Assembly (NCBI GenBank): GCA_964016885.1
Contig: OZ024743.1
Span: 291,648,001 to 291,712,000, forward strand
DNA from: Eledone cirrhosa
Taxonomy: Eukaryota
DNA: 64,000 nt
Reading direction: 5' to 3'
Below, in pieces: positions 16,100-29,770 of this stretch. Position numbers and translations under genes: made by a program. Under the pieces are notes generated by a model that was not told where the DNA came from, ran no database searches, and saw only the letters and a program-made list of their open reading frames with translations. Every line of letters begins with the position of its first letter. Position 1 is the stretch's first letter.

Positions 16100-18310
16100 A
16101 ACACTAACATAAAAACAATGATAACATCAACAACGGCAACATCAGCAACCTCAACAACAGCAACTACTACTATTAGAGGAACAAAACGAAAGCAATTTCA
16201 AAAGTGCTGAAGCAACAACTGAAAAATACTAACGTCAAAGACAAAAGTAATTTGCAACAACAAAACAAATAAATATCAAGGATGGCAACAACAAAAAAAC
16301 TAAATCTAAATTAGCAACACGTAAATATCGAGTACAAACATAGACACAATATCAACAGTAAATGACTGATATAAATTATAACCAGTACATGCTTTTGCGT
16401 TATAATTTTAAACAGCAATAAAAACACCTGCAACAAAACAGCCAACAACATCACCACCTCTGAAACCAATGCATACAAATGCTAACGCCAGGGATAGCAA
16501 CACAACTTGCCAACAACAATAACACCACTGACACTACCACAGGCAACAAGATCATCAGCAGCGGCTACACCAGCTACCACCAGCAGTATCAGCAACATCA
16601 TCATCAACACCAGCAAAACAACGCATCGAAGCCACAACCAACAATACCAACAACACCAACAACACAAACAACAATAACAGCAACAACCCCATCATCACCA
16701 ACAATACCAACACCAACACCAACGCCCCTAAACCCAACAGCACCAAAAGCACCAACACCCAAAACACCAACAACACCAACACCAAGAACACGAACATCAA
16801 AACTACCAACACTAACAGCCCCAACACCAGTACCAACATTATCGACAACACCAACAACACCAAAAACATCAACAACTCTAACAACACCAACAACACCAAA
16901 GACACCAACAACACCAGCAACACGAGCACCAAAAACGCCAACACCAACAACCGCAACAACAACAACATCAAAAGCACCAACAACTCCAACAACACCAACA
17001 ACACCAACAGCAGCAACAACACCAACAATTCCAAAAACACCAACGACACCAACAACCCCAACACCAACAACGTCAAATTCGACAACACCAACAACACCAG
17101 CCTGAAAGCTAAATTCACCAGGAACATTAAAAATGGAACCTCACAGCTAAAACAATAAAACCAATAACTACATCACAACAGTACAAAAATAATAGGACGT
17201 ACAATTGAAATCACATCAATAACAATAATAACATCATCAATAAAACCATCACCACCAGCTATTAACACTCCACTAGATATGAACACACCACCATCGGAAT
17301 ATCTACCATCAACACCACCATCAGTTTCACCAGCGACATTTGCAAAACACCACCAAGGGAAACACCACAATCGACAACATCATCACCGACACATCCATTA
17401 TCAGTAACAACACCACGGGCTACAGCATCAGAAACGGTAGCAGCAACAACTCCTTCAACACCAGCAACTATGGTAGAAGCAGCAACTCCACCAACAGCAG
17501 TAGCAACACCGCTTACATCACGACCTGCAACAGCAATACCCCCACTAGTCGTAACATCACAACCATTAACAGCAGCAACACTAATACTACCATTAACATG
17601 AACTTCATCCTCAATATTAGCACCACCAACGCCATACCGTCGTCATCACCAACAACATCAACATTAACTACATTAACAAAACCAGCTAAACAATGCCAAT
17701 AACACCACCACCACCACCACCACCACCACCACCACCACCACCACCACCACCACCACCACCACAACAACAACAACAACAACAACAACAACAGCAAAAGCAA
17801 CAAGAAAACCACCAACCTCTAAAATCAAAAACAACATTACCAACACCAACAACAACACCAAGACAACACTAAAAACAACAATTACACCACGATAATCACC
17901 GCCAATTTCAACCACCAGCCATAAACCACTAACCAAACCACATCAGCAACAGCCACCAACCACATCAACCACCATCACCACAACCACCACCACCAACAAC
18001 AACACAAACATTAACACCCAAAACACTACCAACAACACCGACACCACTGACGCCACCAACACCAACAACATCGACATCACTAACAACAACTAAAACATCA
18101 ACATCACTAACAACTATTACATATATAAGAAAATGGGAAACAAAATATAGTAAAACACACAACAACACCGACACCACTGACGCCACCATCACCACAACCA
18201 CCAACACCAACAACATCAACATCACTAACAACAACTACAACACATACAACGAAATGGGAAACAAAATATAGTAAAATCCACAACAGCAATGACGACAACG
18301 ATCTTAACAC
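16100..18310. repeat. Degenerate (CAA)/(CAC)-rich low-complexity tract
   Basis: Strongly A/C-skewed with pure (CAC)n(CAA)n at 17703-17790 and an internal ~130-bp duplication at ~18030-18290. Confidence 0.85.
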
Positions 18311-20049
18311 AAAAACAATACGTGTTGTTTATGTTATATAGTTTTGTTAAAATTCATTTTCCCACCTTCGTTTCCTACTCCCACTCCGTCTTTTTATTAA
18401 TTTCAAAAGAAAATTCCGTCTAAAGGAATCTTTTCCGCTTTTCATAAGTAAAATAATTCATTCAATTAATTTTTCACACAAAATAGAAATTATTTCTTCT
18501 GATTTATTTATATTTTCTCTTTTACCTTTACATCTTTTTTGTGTTTGTTATATCTATTCTTTTATTCTTTGACGTGTTTATTATTATTATAATATTTTTT
18601 TTTAGCAGTCTTTGATTTTGTTAGCTGAAAAAAACAACCTGTTGTTTAATATTATATTTGTCTTTAATATATTTGCATATTTAATTTTGCTTTCTCAATT
18701 TTATGAATTTCAATATATTTGTCATAAAACATACATGCGCACACATTACACGTAGAACATATATATATTTGATATATTTAAATAAACAAGATTGTGTGTG
18801 AGCGTAAGTATACGTAATTATACGCAGATATAAATATATATATATATATACATATATATGTGTGTGTGTGTGTGTGTGTCTGTGTGAGTGTGTGTGTGTG
18901 TGTGTGTATGCGTGTGTATGAGTGTGTGTTGGCATATAGGTATGTACGTATGTAAGTATGTATATCATGTATTCTTACGTGTACATTTCTCAATATATTT
19001 AGACTTAGACAAGGCACATGCATAGTTGTGGGTTTAAAAATTTCGCTTCGTAGATGAGTGGATTCGCGATAATAAGGACGTATCACCGTGTTGACCATTA
19101 AATCATTCACTTCATTCACTACATGTAATTCACTACATGGAAACTATTTAGAAGTGGGCATCGTTGTCTTCCAGATGCATAAACTCGTGGAGCCTATCCC
19201 TATTTTATGTAGGTATATATGCGTACATATACACAGATATTTCTGGTGTGCATATACACACACACATACACAATAATATATTTACAATAGCCTGTTAAAT
19301 AAAGTTACAATCGAAATCAACATCACGACCTTCATATTTTGATGGCTTTTTACAAACACACACCGATACACACACACAAACATATTGTTTCTATTTCGTA
19401 TGATGTTTCTTTTCTCTTCGATAACTCAACACCAACCTACTGAATGTTTCGATTTTCAAGATAGCTGACTAACAGCATCCTTTTTCTGTAAAGCTCTATT
19501 CCTCCTTTTTCGTTTTACTCACAACTATATTTGTCTGCCTTTTCTCTCTTAACTCCTGGTGAATGGTCGGCGTTCGAAAAGTTAAAATAAAACAATATCA
19601 ATGCATTGTTCACGTATATTGCTTTTCCTTGTTGACAGTTTATATGAGAATGCATGCTAAACAAACGCTTAGCATTATCTCACACATGGTAGAAAATCTG
19701 TTTAGAAACTGATTATCTCATAATAGTAATTAGAAGACAAAATTCCTACAAGGCTGCTCGAAATTTAAGATAAACAATAAGCAAAGAAGGCAGTAATATC
19801 AGCTAATCCATCTTTATGGTAAGATAAAAACAATGCAGCTGTCTATATATGTTACATCTAAAATAAACATGATAAGCGAGATATCTCGATCCAATTAGAT
19901 ATTAATATTTAAGTAAATTTGCTAGTATATAGCAAATTTACTTAAATATTAGTATATACCAAACCAGAAGATGTTTCGTGGTGATTAGTATATCAAATAT
20001 GTGGTTTGGGAATAATACCTATGAAAAACGTTCTGCATGTTAAATTCAC

Positions 20050-20560
20050 TCTGATAGTAGTATTGAACACATGTAATCTGGATTATCTATTATCAATAGA
20101 CTTGATGACTGTCTACACTGTTACTGAGCTATCACCTTGTATGTACCACAATCGAGTCTATAATTTAAATAGCCGTATTCCTATCACTATTTACATGTAA
20201 TCGTAGAGCAGCGTGGTGAAATATCTAGGTGGCTCCATGATGTGAGCCTTGTACGCAATCATGAAAATAGATCTGCATTGCATAGATCTGGAGTGCAAAA
20301 GCGATACTAATACGGACAGGAGTACAATGTATGGAATGTGTCATCAGGAGAAATTTAACATGATTGCGTTATGTTACTCAAATTTCATATCGAAGAATAT
20401 CCAAAGACAGTCTTTATTGCTAACTTCCTGGTGAACTGAAAATATTGATGAACTCCACTAGCGTCATATACATTAGCTAACCACAAGGCTTATGGTATCT
20501 ACAATTCTACATCACTTACTCAAATTCAAAGAATGTCTTTCGTATTGGTAGGAACTTTTG
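20050..20560 (+). pseudogene. Possible highly decayed hAT (ZMYM/THAP12-type) transposase remnant
   Basis: Weak motif resemblance in the expected order: SIDLMTVYTVTELS ~ SI..DET.D.S..EQLS; GQEYNVWNVSSG ~ GQGYDGASNMSG; EEYPKTVFI ~ E.NP.A.YVHC. Confidence 0.3.
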
Positions 20561-21381
20561 TATATGGTAGAAATGATATGTTGCAAAATCCATTTCATAT
20601 TAACATTTTGTTTGTTGGTAAAAATAATGGAACTACATCGATCTGAATTTCGCTGCGAGAACATAGCTGATCCTTAATACTACCGAATCTACGGAGGCTT
20701 AAATGTCAAAGGAGAAAACGAAGTGTTAGCTGTGTTTTATTGACAGCCATTATGGAGCAGATATTTATTTCAGACGCAAATTTTTAAAGTTTAACTAAAG
20801 AAAGGTGAAATGGCTAGTTGGCATAACAAGAAATTCAGATGTGATTATAAGTCAAATCATGTGCCGTGTATTGTATGAAAACGAGGTTGAGTAGTGGAAT
20901 TTGAAGTCCCTTGTACGGATAATTATAAGAAGGGAGATAATCTAAAACCTAATAAATGTCGCAAAAAAATGAGTTGAATAATCAGAGTAGTAAGTTCCTA
21001 TTATGTAAAACATATCTTAGAACGATGACATACCTATTTATAAATAAAAGCAAATCAGTAGAAGAAACAATTTTTAAAAATTTCATAAGGCCTCATTGAA
21101 TCATACACACCACCATATGTATATATGTATGTATATATGTATGTATGTATTTTCTTCTGGTTGTATAATTTCACAAATGTTTACCAATAGAGAGAGCGCC
21201 GGTTTCTAACATAGACACAAGACTCTCTCATTGGAATTTACACATCAACTAGGTAGATTATGTATGCATGCCTGCATGCATGTGTAGATATGGATGTTAT
21301 TGTATGTGTGGATGTGTATGTTTTGAGTTGTATGTGTGCATGTGCATATGCTTTGTATCTGTACATTTATATATGAAGTTA

Positions 21382-22120
21382 TTAGATGCAAAGTTTTTGG
21401 AAAGTTTTACATAATTTTACTGTTCCATTAATGGATTGTACTTGTAATTTCCTAAATAGATGTGTTCTTTCTATTCCTGTGAAGCCTAGCTTCTCAAGAT
21501 TTGTATTGAGGCAGTTACTAACATACCCCAGTGCCCCAATAATCACAAGCATAAATCTGAAGGTGTAATTAGCGTGGAATATCTGCAGATTTCTCATCAG
21601 TTCTGCATTAGTATTATCCTTTTCGCTAATCTTTGATATTATATTGGCATCTGCTGGGCAGCTAACTTCCACTGCTGTGCATGCTTTCTTTTCCCTATCC
21701 CATATCATAATATCTGGTCTGTTATGCCTTCATTTTATTGTAGTTTTTACTGGAACATTCCTCCAGTACTCTTTCATATTATGTATATGGATTTCTTCCA
21801 CATTGCTGTAGCTTTTAATGTGTTTATTATCGGGGCTATCTTTTCTACGCATTGCATTGTACAGTGTTTTGGCCACTACATGATGCCTCATATGTAGATA
21901 GTACCGCGATGACATCTTTGGGCAGTTACTGATGACATGGGTGTCATCTTCAATGTTAATTCTGCAGAGTCTGCACCTGTTATGACATCTAGGTGTTTTC
22001 CCTGCATCCCTATCTCTTTTGTGAATCAGGTATTTCGTGTTAATTTCCTCTTCTTGGATTGCAAAAGCGTATCCTTCAAAGTGGGAGCCAATATAGCGGT
22101 TGTTGGTCCAGGATAAACTA
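21382..22120 (-). mobile_element. R4/Dong-like non-LTR 3' fragment (CCHC knuckle + REL endonuclease)
   Basis: CRLC..EDDTHVISNC, RHHVVAK, KPD-like RPDIMIWD..AVEVSCP, VIIGALG. Confidence 0.8.
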
Positions 22121-22531
22121 CTTTCCTTATCTATATATCTATATTACTCTAATGTATGTATGTATGTATGTATGTATGTATGTATGTATGTATGTATGTA
22201 TGTATGTATGTATGTATGTATGTATGTATGTATGGGATAACTCCGATATAAAACCTGCGGCTCAGGAGTTACCGATGATGTTGATCTTTTCTTATTTTCG
22301 GGTTATAGGTACTGTCACTCAGAAAGAAGGATTGGCTCAGTGCAGTCTTTCCTCAATTTAAAAAATATCTTCACGCACAGGCATTGCACGATAGAATTAA
22401 TTAATCATTATTAATAATGTGATATCGTGCAATGACCATACTCGATGACGAGGGGGCAGCCATCATGTATGTATATATATGTACGTACGTACATATCTAT
22501 GTATGTATGCATGTATGCATGTATGTATGTG

Positions 22532-22588
<57 letters not shown>

Positions 22589-22739
22589 CCGTTGCCTTTC
22601 CCTTCGACAACATCATTGTCTTGGAGAGAGGAGACAGCTAAGCAGGGGCAGCAGCTGGTCTCCCCCGAAACAGCTTGTTCGGATATGTGTCACTTGGGTG
22701 TATTTCCAGGGGTTATACCATGGTCATTCATCATCGAAG

Positions 22740-22797
<58 letters not shown>

Positions 22798-22910
22798 TAA
22801 AAAGGAAAAAAGGAAAAGAAAATGCTGAATAATGTTTTCCAGTGAAAAATAGTTTAATTAGGAATAAGTATAAATTAGTACTAAGTATTGGTATTCAGTT
22901 TTAATTATAA

Positions 22911-23162
22911 GTTTTTACCGGTTGCGCATTTCTAATGCTTTTCAAAAATAATTTTGAGATGGACCGCTCGTGATGTTTGCTCTAACATAATTATGTAATA
23001 AACAACTCAATACAATTATTCCATTTACCAAAGGTTTCACGAAGTCAGGGGACCTTAATAAATGTTCTTTTCTTATAAAGGATTTCACACGTTTCTATTG
23101 AGGTAACCAGTCTTCGTGAAGTAAATGGAATAATTGTATTGTGTTGTTAAAAACATAATTAA
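22911..23162. repeat. Short fold-back element with a degenerate U3:A8 hammerhead motif
   Basis: Inverted arms at ~22987-23060 and 23110-23162. Minus 22911-22950 reads TTGAAAA-GCATT agaa ATGC-GCAA-CCGG-TA (GAAA changed to GCAA). Confidence 0.55.
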
Positions 23163-23468
23163 ATAGGTATGTAGTAGACATAGAGCATTCTTCCTTCCTT
23201 TACCCTTTCTACGGGAATACTTCATATATATATATATATGAATGTTTGTATAGTATAATATAGAATTCCAGTAATAATCAGGAACTGTTTATACAGAGCG
23301 ATTGCCGGTCCAGCAAAAATGAAAAATTAAGGTCGGTGCTCTGAAATAGCGATGTATACAAGAATGTTTGGTAATATACCGTATGTTTAATTAAACACAT
23401 TTTGAAGACTTTGGGCTATCATTTTAAAGTAGTGACTATGTCACTTACTTCTTTTTTCGGCAATGGAA

Positions 23469-23529
23469 GGGAGCGAAGCTGACAGATTCTGTTTCACACT
23501 GTTCGTGTTCCTCAGATCAACGTACTCCC
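23469..23529 (-). ncRNA. Type I hammerhead ribozyme
   Basis: Minus: GGGAG..-CTGAGGA-ACAC gaaca GTGT-GAAA-CAG aat CTG-TC|AGC..CTCCC. Canonical core, GUC triplet. Proximal stem I is imperfect. Confidence 0.75.
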
Positions 23530-23743
23530 TGATCTCTGCCGAAAATTATAGAGGCTGGAATCTTATAGAATTCTAGTATTAATCAGGAACTGATTATACA
23601 GAGCGATTGCCGGTCCGGCAAATTCACAGCGCCAATCCTAATTTTTTATTTTTGCTGGATCGGCAATGGCTCTGTATAATCAGTTCCTGATTATTATTGG
23701 AATTCTATAAAAACCCAGCCTCTATAATTTTCGGCAGAGGTCA

Positions 23744-23804
23744 GGGAGTACGTTCCTCTGAGGAACACGAACAGTATGAAATAAAATCTGTCAACTTCTC
23801 TCCC
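23744..23804 (+). ncRNA. Type I hammerhead ribozyme, inverted and more mutated copy
   Basis: GGGAG..CTGAGGA-ACAC gaaca GTAT-GAAA-TAAAATCTG-TC..CTCCC. Confidence 0.6.
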
Positions 23805-23955
23805 TTCCTTTGCCGAAAAAAAGAAGTGACGTAGTCACTACTTTAAAATGCTAACGCAAGTTTTTCAGAATTTGTTTAATTAAATATACCGTATGTTACC
23901 AAATATACTATCCATATATTCATGTATACATCGCTATTTCAGAGCACCTATACTA

Positions 23956-24023
<68 letters not shown>

Positions 24024-24899
24024 ATACTAATTAAATGTAAACTATATTTATAAAATGATACTTATTCTATTATATATATTTCAAGGGTACCAACACTTTG
24101 CTACGCTTTCATCAGATAAAATACGGATTGTGTTTTATAAATTTTGACATAACCAAGAAAAATCCCTTAACGGTTCAAGTTTTCCTTGGATAGTGAATGG
24201 ATTAGAGAAGAAAAGTCAGATATTTCAAATTGTTAAGATGAGTATGCCAATGAGGTTGAGGTAAAGGTCTGAAAAAAACGTTATTTTAGACGCTATGGAG
24301 AATTTAAATAATTATGATATGTGCATGTATGCCTAGGAAAGAAGAAAACGGATGAAGAGCTTGCATTTATGTTAATTTGGGGGAAAGGTGGAATATGATT
24401 CCAGAGTTTAAATTTAAATTTATTTATCTATATTATGAGTTATAATATTGTATATATAATCAATTAGATTATATGAAGAATTATGGTTATAGTATGTGTA
24501 TCTTATTACATTACAATAGGTTATATGCATATAAATATCTATATAGATTAATAATTGTGTATGTATTAGTAGTATAGAAATAGAAATAATTTACAATTAT
24601 TATTTGTTTATATTTATAATATGAGTTACGAAGGAAGTTGATTTTGTATTTTACATAAAAAAATAGGTGCTCCAAGTTGGGAGAGAACAATTTGTAAATT
24701 CAAATATTTTGTTCAACATTGAAAATGTTTTCAGAATATTGTTAACTTAGCGAAGTTATATCAGAAAACATGTCGAGTGCTCTGAATCAGTTATAAACAT
24801 TTATATATGTTGAATTACCAACAAATTGTATATCCCCTTTGCTTCAATATATATATATATATATATTTATATTCAATATATATATATATATATATTTTT

Positions 24900-25368
<469 letters not shown>

Positions 25369-25399
25369 AAGTATGTATGTACGTAATTCAGGCTGTTTG

Positions 25400-26627
25400 T
25401 TTGTTTACCAAATGGGAAAAAATGATAAATAATGACATAAATGGGACCTGCCCCTTGTATAGGAGTAAATTTTGGAATAGAATAGAAAGAACTAGGAACA
25501 AGGCCAATAGAATAAACTCATGGTATGTTAGCAATAAATACCAGAGTGTAATGTTCATCAATACAACCCCTAGAGGCGAACTGGCCTACAAATTTAGAAG
25601 GGCCCTAAATAAACATAATCTCAATATTAAGATAGTAGAAAGACCAGGTACCTCCGTAAAAACACTTATTAGCAAGACATACCCGTTCCAAAGACCCTCA
25701 TGTATAGATAAGAAATGTATAACCTGTAAAATAAGCCCCCATATTAACTGTAAAACTAGAAATGTAGTGTATAGCATAAGATGTACTGAAGGACAATGTA
25801 GAAACAAAAATATAGTGTACATAGGTGAGATAGCTCGTAGTATAGGGGAACGAATAAATGAACACTGGCGAGACCTCCAAGATAATAAAGAATCATCTGT
25901 GCTCTACCAACATGCTAAGATAGAACACAGCGGTAGATTAGAGAGCATAGAAATAAAAATAGAATCCACACACAGAAAAGACGCAATGTTTAGGCAAATT
26001 ACAGAGGCAGTAAGCATAAAAGAATTAAAACCAAAATTTAATAGAAAATATGAGTGGAACAGCAACATCACAACTTACAATTAAGGACAAAATGAAAACA
26101 CACACACACATAGAACAAACAACTTACAATTAAGGACAAAATGAAAACACACACAGGACAAAATGAAAACACACACACACATAGAACAAACAACCAACCA
26201 ACAATAAATAAATAAATAAATAAACAAATAGATAAATGAACACAAACACACACACACACCCGGATGTGGCGCATGCGCAAACTGAGCACACAACACACAC
26301 ACAGAAACAAAATGGCGTAGGATAGAAGAAAGGAAAGGCACAGAAACAAAGAAAGGTATCCCCAGTCATTGAAGAGGTCACAGAGTGTGTGACGAAAGGA
26401 CTATGACTATATATAAACAACTATCTGGTTGTGGAACCAACCAACCAACCAGAAATTTATAAGTTTGTAGATTTGTAACTTTATAAATTTATAAATATAT
26501 AATAAATTGAAGTGAAAGCACTGGTGCGTGTGTTTCTTATTGGCAACATGACCCTCCCAAAGTATAACAATATCGGTTTCAATACACGATTTCAGATAAA
26601 GAATCTTGCTAAACAAATTCAGAAACG

Positions 26628-26630
<3 letters not shown>
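25400..26630 (+). mobile_element. Penelope-like element 3' fragment (probably Naiad-type) with GIY-YIG and HHR-containing pseudo-LTR
   Basis: ORF 25377-26084: [23 protein letters not shown], CxxC..NCKTRNVVYSIRC..VYIGE..ERINEH, RQITEAVSI. HHR at 26364-26408. The clade call is from memory of Naiad motifs. Confidence 0.85.
26364..26408 (+). ncRNA. Type I hammerhead ribozyme motif
   Basis: AGTCA-TTGAAGA-G-GTCACA gagtg TGTGAC-GAAA-GGAC-TA|TGACT. Stems I and II are perfect; C3 is changed to T. Confidence 0.75.
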
Positions 26631-26665
<35 letters not shown>

Positions 26666-26668
26666 TAT

Positions 26669-26731
<63 letters not shown>

Positions 26732-26942
26732 GTATATTATTATATAAAAGCATATTATTACACAACACAACACTCCAAAACTATGGAAACAGCTTGATTA
26801 TAAATCGTTACACCTGCTACAACTTTCAGGCAATGTGTGATAATATATTTCACTAACTATCAAAAATGTTTATACATTTCTTTGTTCGATTTAAACATCG
26901 TGAAATATATATTTCAAAGTGTTTATCAGAGCCAGTCAATAA

Positions 26943-27126
26943 TTGTTTCTACTTTAAGCACAGGCCAGCAATTACCCAGTGCATTACTGGTACTTTATTT
27001 TATCGACCCCGTAAGGATGAAAGGCAAAGTCAACCTCGGCGGGATTTGAACTCAGATCGTAAAGGGACGTAACTATGCTGGAAAGCATGGTGTCTGACAC
27101 TCTACCGATACTGCCAATCCACCGCC
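26943..27126 (-). mobile_element. Full-length tRNA-derived SINE (family A)
   Basis: Minus: GGCGGTGGATTGGCAGTATCGG (A-box), GAGTTCAAATCC (B-box), core as at 1341. Confidence 0.9.
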
Positions 27127-27224
27127 AGTCAATAATGACCAAAGGAGTGTTTGTATAACCAACTAAAATTTGCTGTTGGCTGTATATTTTTTTTAATCTA
27201 CACGTACGCCACTTCTTATCTATA

Positions 27225-28150
27225 TATGGATTGTTCTTTTCAAAGAAACAGAATGGATTTGTTCGAGGAAAACCCAGTATGATTGGTGATGACAATGATG
27301 ATGACGAACAAGGAGTATTCAGTGCATCACTACAGAAAGAGTCACGGAAAGCCAAACTGAAAAAACAGGCACAGTTAGAAATTGATAAAGCGCTGCAAGA
27401 TGACCCCTCAATTTAAGAATATGACAAAATCTACGACGACATACAATCAGAGAAGATCAAAACTGACTTCTTGTTAAAAACCAAAGCAGATGAGAAGCCA
27501 AAATATATCGAGGGACTACTGAAGGCAGCAGCGAGCAGAAAGAAGGAACAAGATAAGAGAAGCGAGAGGAAGATACAACAGGAAAGAGAGGCTGAAGGAG
27601 AGGAATTTAAAGACAAAGATGAGTTTGTTACGCCAGCCTACAAGAAGAAGTTGTTGGAACTACAGGAGGAGGAGGAGAGAGAGAAGAAAGAAGCTGAGAT
27701 GGAAGCTGTATTGGGTGTCACCAAACAGAAGGATCTGAGTAGTTTCTACAGGTACGAGTGGCACCAACCCGCAGGCTGACGATGAGGACAACAATGATGA
27801 AGGGAGTAAGAAGACATCATCAGTCAGTGTGAAACAGGAACCATCTGAGATGGAAGAGGGACCGTCAGGTGCGAGTATACGGGCAGAGAAGAAAGCTGAA
27901 CTGATCGCTCAAGATGTTGAGATGAAGGATAACAGTATTGATGTAGAGAAACATGAACTGGCTGTTACGAAATCTGAGAAAGTGACAAAACTCAGATCTT
28001 CCTCTTCTTCATCATCTTCGTCATCATCCTCGTCAAACGACAGTGCAAAGAAGAGCAGAAAGCAAGTGAAAGGAAGCCCTTGGGGCAAATCAAGAAACAG
28101 AAACCGGACATTTCTTCCGGAAGCAAGAAGCTGCCCGGGATTTCTACGAC
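27225..28150 (+). pseudogene. NSRP1: Intronless pseudogene of nuclear speckle splicing regulatory protein 1 (CCDC55)
   Basis: YGL..KK..KPSMIGDD, QLEIDKALQDDPSI*EYDKIYDD, KPKYIEGLLKAA..RKKEQ, FKDKDEFVTPAYKKKL, VTKQKDLSSFYR closely match the NSRP1 N-terminal domain as remembered. In-frame TAA at 27414-27416 and a later frameshift. Confidence 0.9.
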
Positions 28151-28229
28151 AGGCCAGCGGAGTAAGTATTCCGATTAGGACAACTCCCAGACTGACGACG
28201 ACAGACAGAAGTGTAAAAGTATATAGACA

Positions 28230-28915
28230 ATAATTAAATATATAAATAGATAAATAAATGCCATTGTTAAATAATAAATAAATCAACTAATACCTTAACA
28301 CTTCACACAAAGTAAAACATTTCGTTTTAATCATTTTCTAACCCAGAAAAATATATATTCTTTTTTCCTAATAATCGTCTCTTTCTCCCTGTTTTCATAT
28401 ATATATATATATATATATATTTGTTTTGCGAAATATAAATAAATAAATAAATAAATATATACACAAGCACAATAACAACAAATACATATAAACACACAGA
28501 GATAAACTAAGATAGAAAACAATAACCAAAACACCGTCACCCAAACGCGAACACACACGCCAGACACTATACACAGGCGCAAACGCATGGGCAGAGAAGA
28601 CAAAAATAAATAAATAAATAAATAAATAAACAGATAAATTAAAAATGGCGTAGTCATACAATAAAACAGGAGGAACATAATAGTACCACTGATGATGTTG
28701 CAGATGTGCAACGAAAGAAATTAGTTAGACTATATATATGTGTTTATATCTGTATTTCTGACCGTTGGTCTGTCAATGATAAACATTAAGAACCAAATGA
28801 ATTAACTGTGGAGATACAGAACCGAAAACCAACCAAACAGTGAGTGTGTTCTATTATTATTTCTGGCAATATTATTACAACAATATGACCCTCCCCAAGT
28901 ATAACAATATATATA
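28230..28915 (+). mobile_element. PLE pseudo-LTR related to 26085-26630, with hammerhead core
   Basis: Shared ordered motifs GCGCATG-like, AAAATGGCGTAG and ATGACCCTCCC.AAGTATAACAATAT. HHR core CTGATGA-T-GTTGCA gatg TGCAAC-GAAA at 28689-28716. Confidence 0.75.
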
Positions 28916-29562
28916 TATGAACATCTTGTTTAATAAATAAATGGCTTCTAGAGTGTTACCATGTCTTCTAGAATGAAACAGTTCTATTCCTGTAGAAGCC
29001 ATTTCTATATGAAACATGTTATAAATACGGATATTCTTTTCCTCTTCCGACAGTAGATTAAAGGGAAAAACTAGTATACTGTGTTATATATTTTAAATAC
29101 CCAAGTTAGCATCATTGAAATATTTATTATATTCAATGAAATGATTTAGCAATTTTACTATATTAATAACAACTCTAGGAAATATAGAATTGGTATTGTA
29201 CGTATACAATCAGCTGGCATTCAAAATCTGCTTTTTAGAGTAGACAGTTTCTAATTGATTTATTCCAGCTAAATTGATAAATTTGCGCCATTTAGACAAC
29301 TCCTCCTGAACATATATTCAATATGTGTGTGGTATGTGTAGACGGTTTAATCTTATTTCCATCACAAAAGTACTTGTCTAACTAACATTAATTGACACTG
29401 TTTTGCCCAGGGGCCGATTTCAATTTAATTTTATTCAGTCCAATGTATTAATAGTTTATGCATATAAAACGAAGTGTAGATTGTCGACCGTATATGTAAT
29501 CTATCAAAAGCGCCGAAACACATAGACACACACACACAGACATATATATATATATATATATA

Positions 29563-29711
29563 TAGGAGTAAGTAAGACCCCGACGATTGAGCTCAAGCCG
29601 TTTCGACGGCTAATTCTGTCGGGTCTTACTTACTCCTATTACCCACTCTACTACCCTAAGTATTGTGTACTTTGGTGCGTTATGGTCCACCTGGTTCCTT
29701 ACCACTTTTCC

Positions 29712-29712
<1 letters not shown>
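29563..29712. repeat. Mini fold-back remnant of the 6855-7500 pseudo-LTR family
   Basis: TAGGAGTAAGTAAGACCCCGAC...GTCGGGTCTTACTTACTCCTA hairpin. 29640-29712 is the reverse complement of 6860-6935. Confidence 0.75.

Positions 29713-29770
<58 letters not shown>

Larger units (their letters stand above)
23256..23958. mobile_element. ORF-less fold-back element (A-B-A followed by inverted A-B) with one hammerhead per arm
   Basis: ~300-bp inverted arms (23333-23620 vs 23650-23950), with a 70-bp unit repeated at 23258 and 23565. Flanked by (TA)n. Confidence 0.85.

Noticed and set aside
16479-17105. 208-aa Thr/Pro-rich mucin-like ORF
   Set aside because: A by-product of a degenerate (CAA/CCA)n tract that lacks stop codons; no signal peptide, domain or splice evidence.
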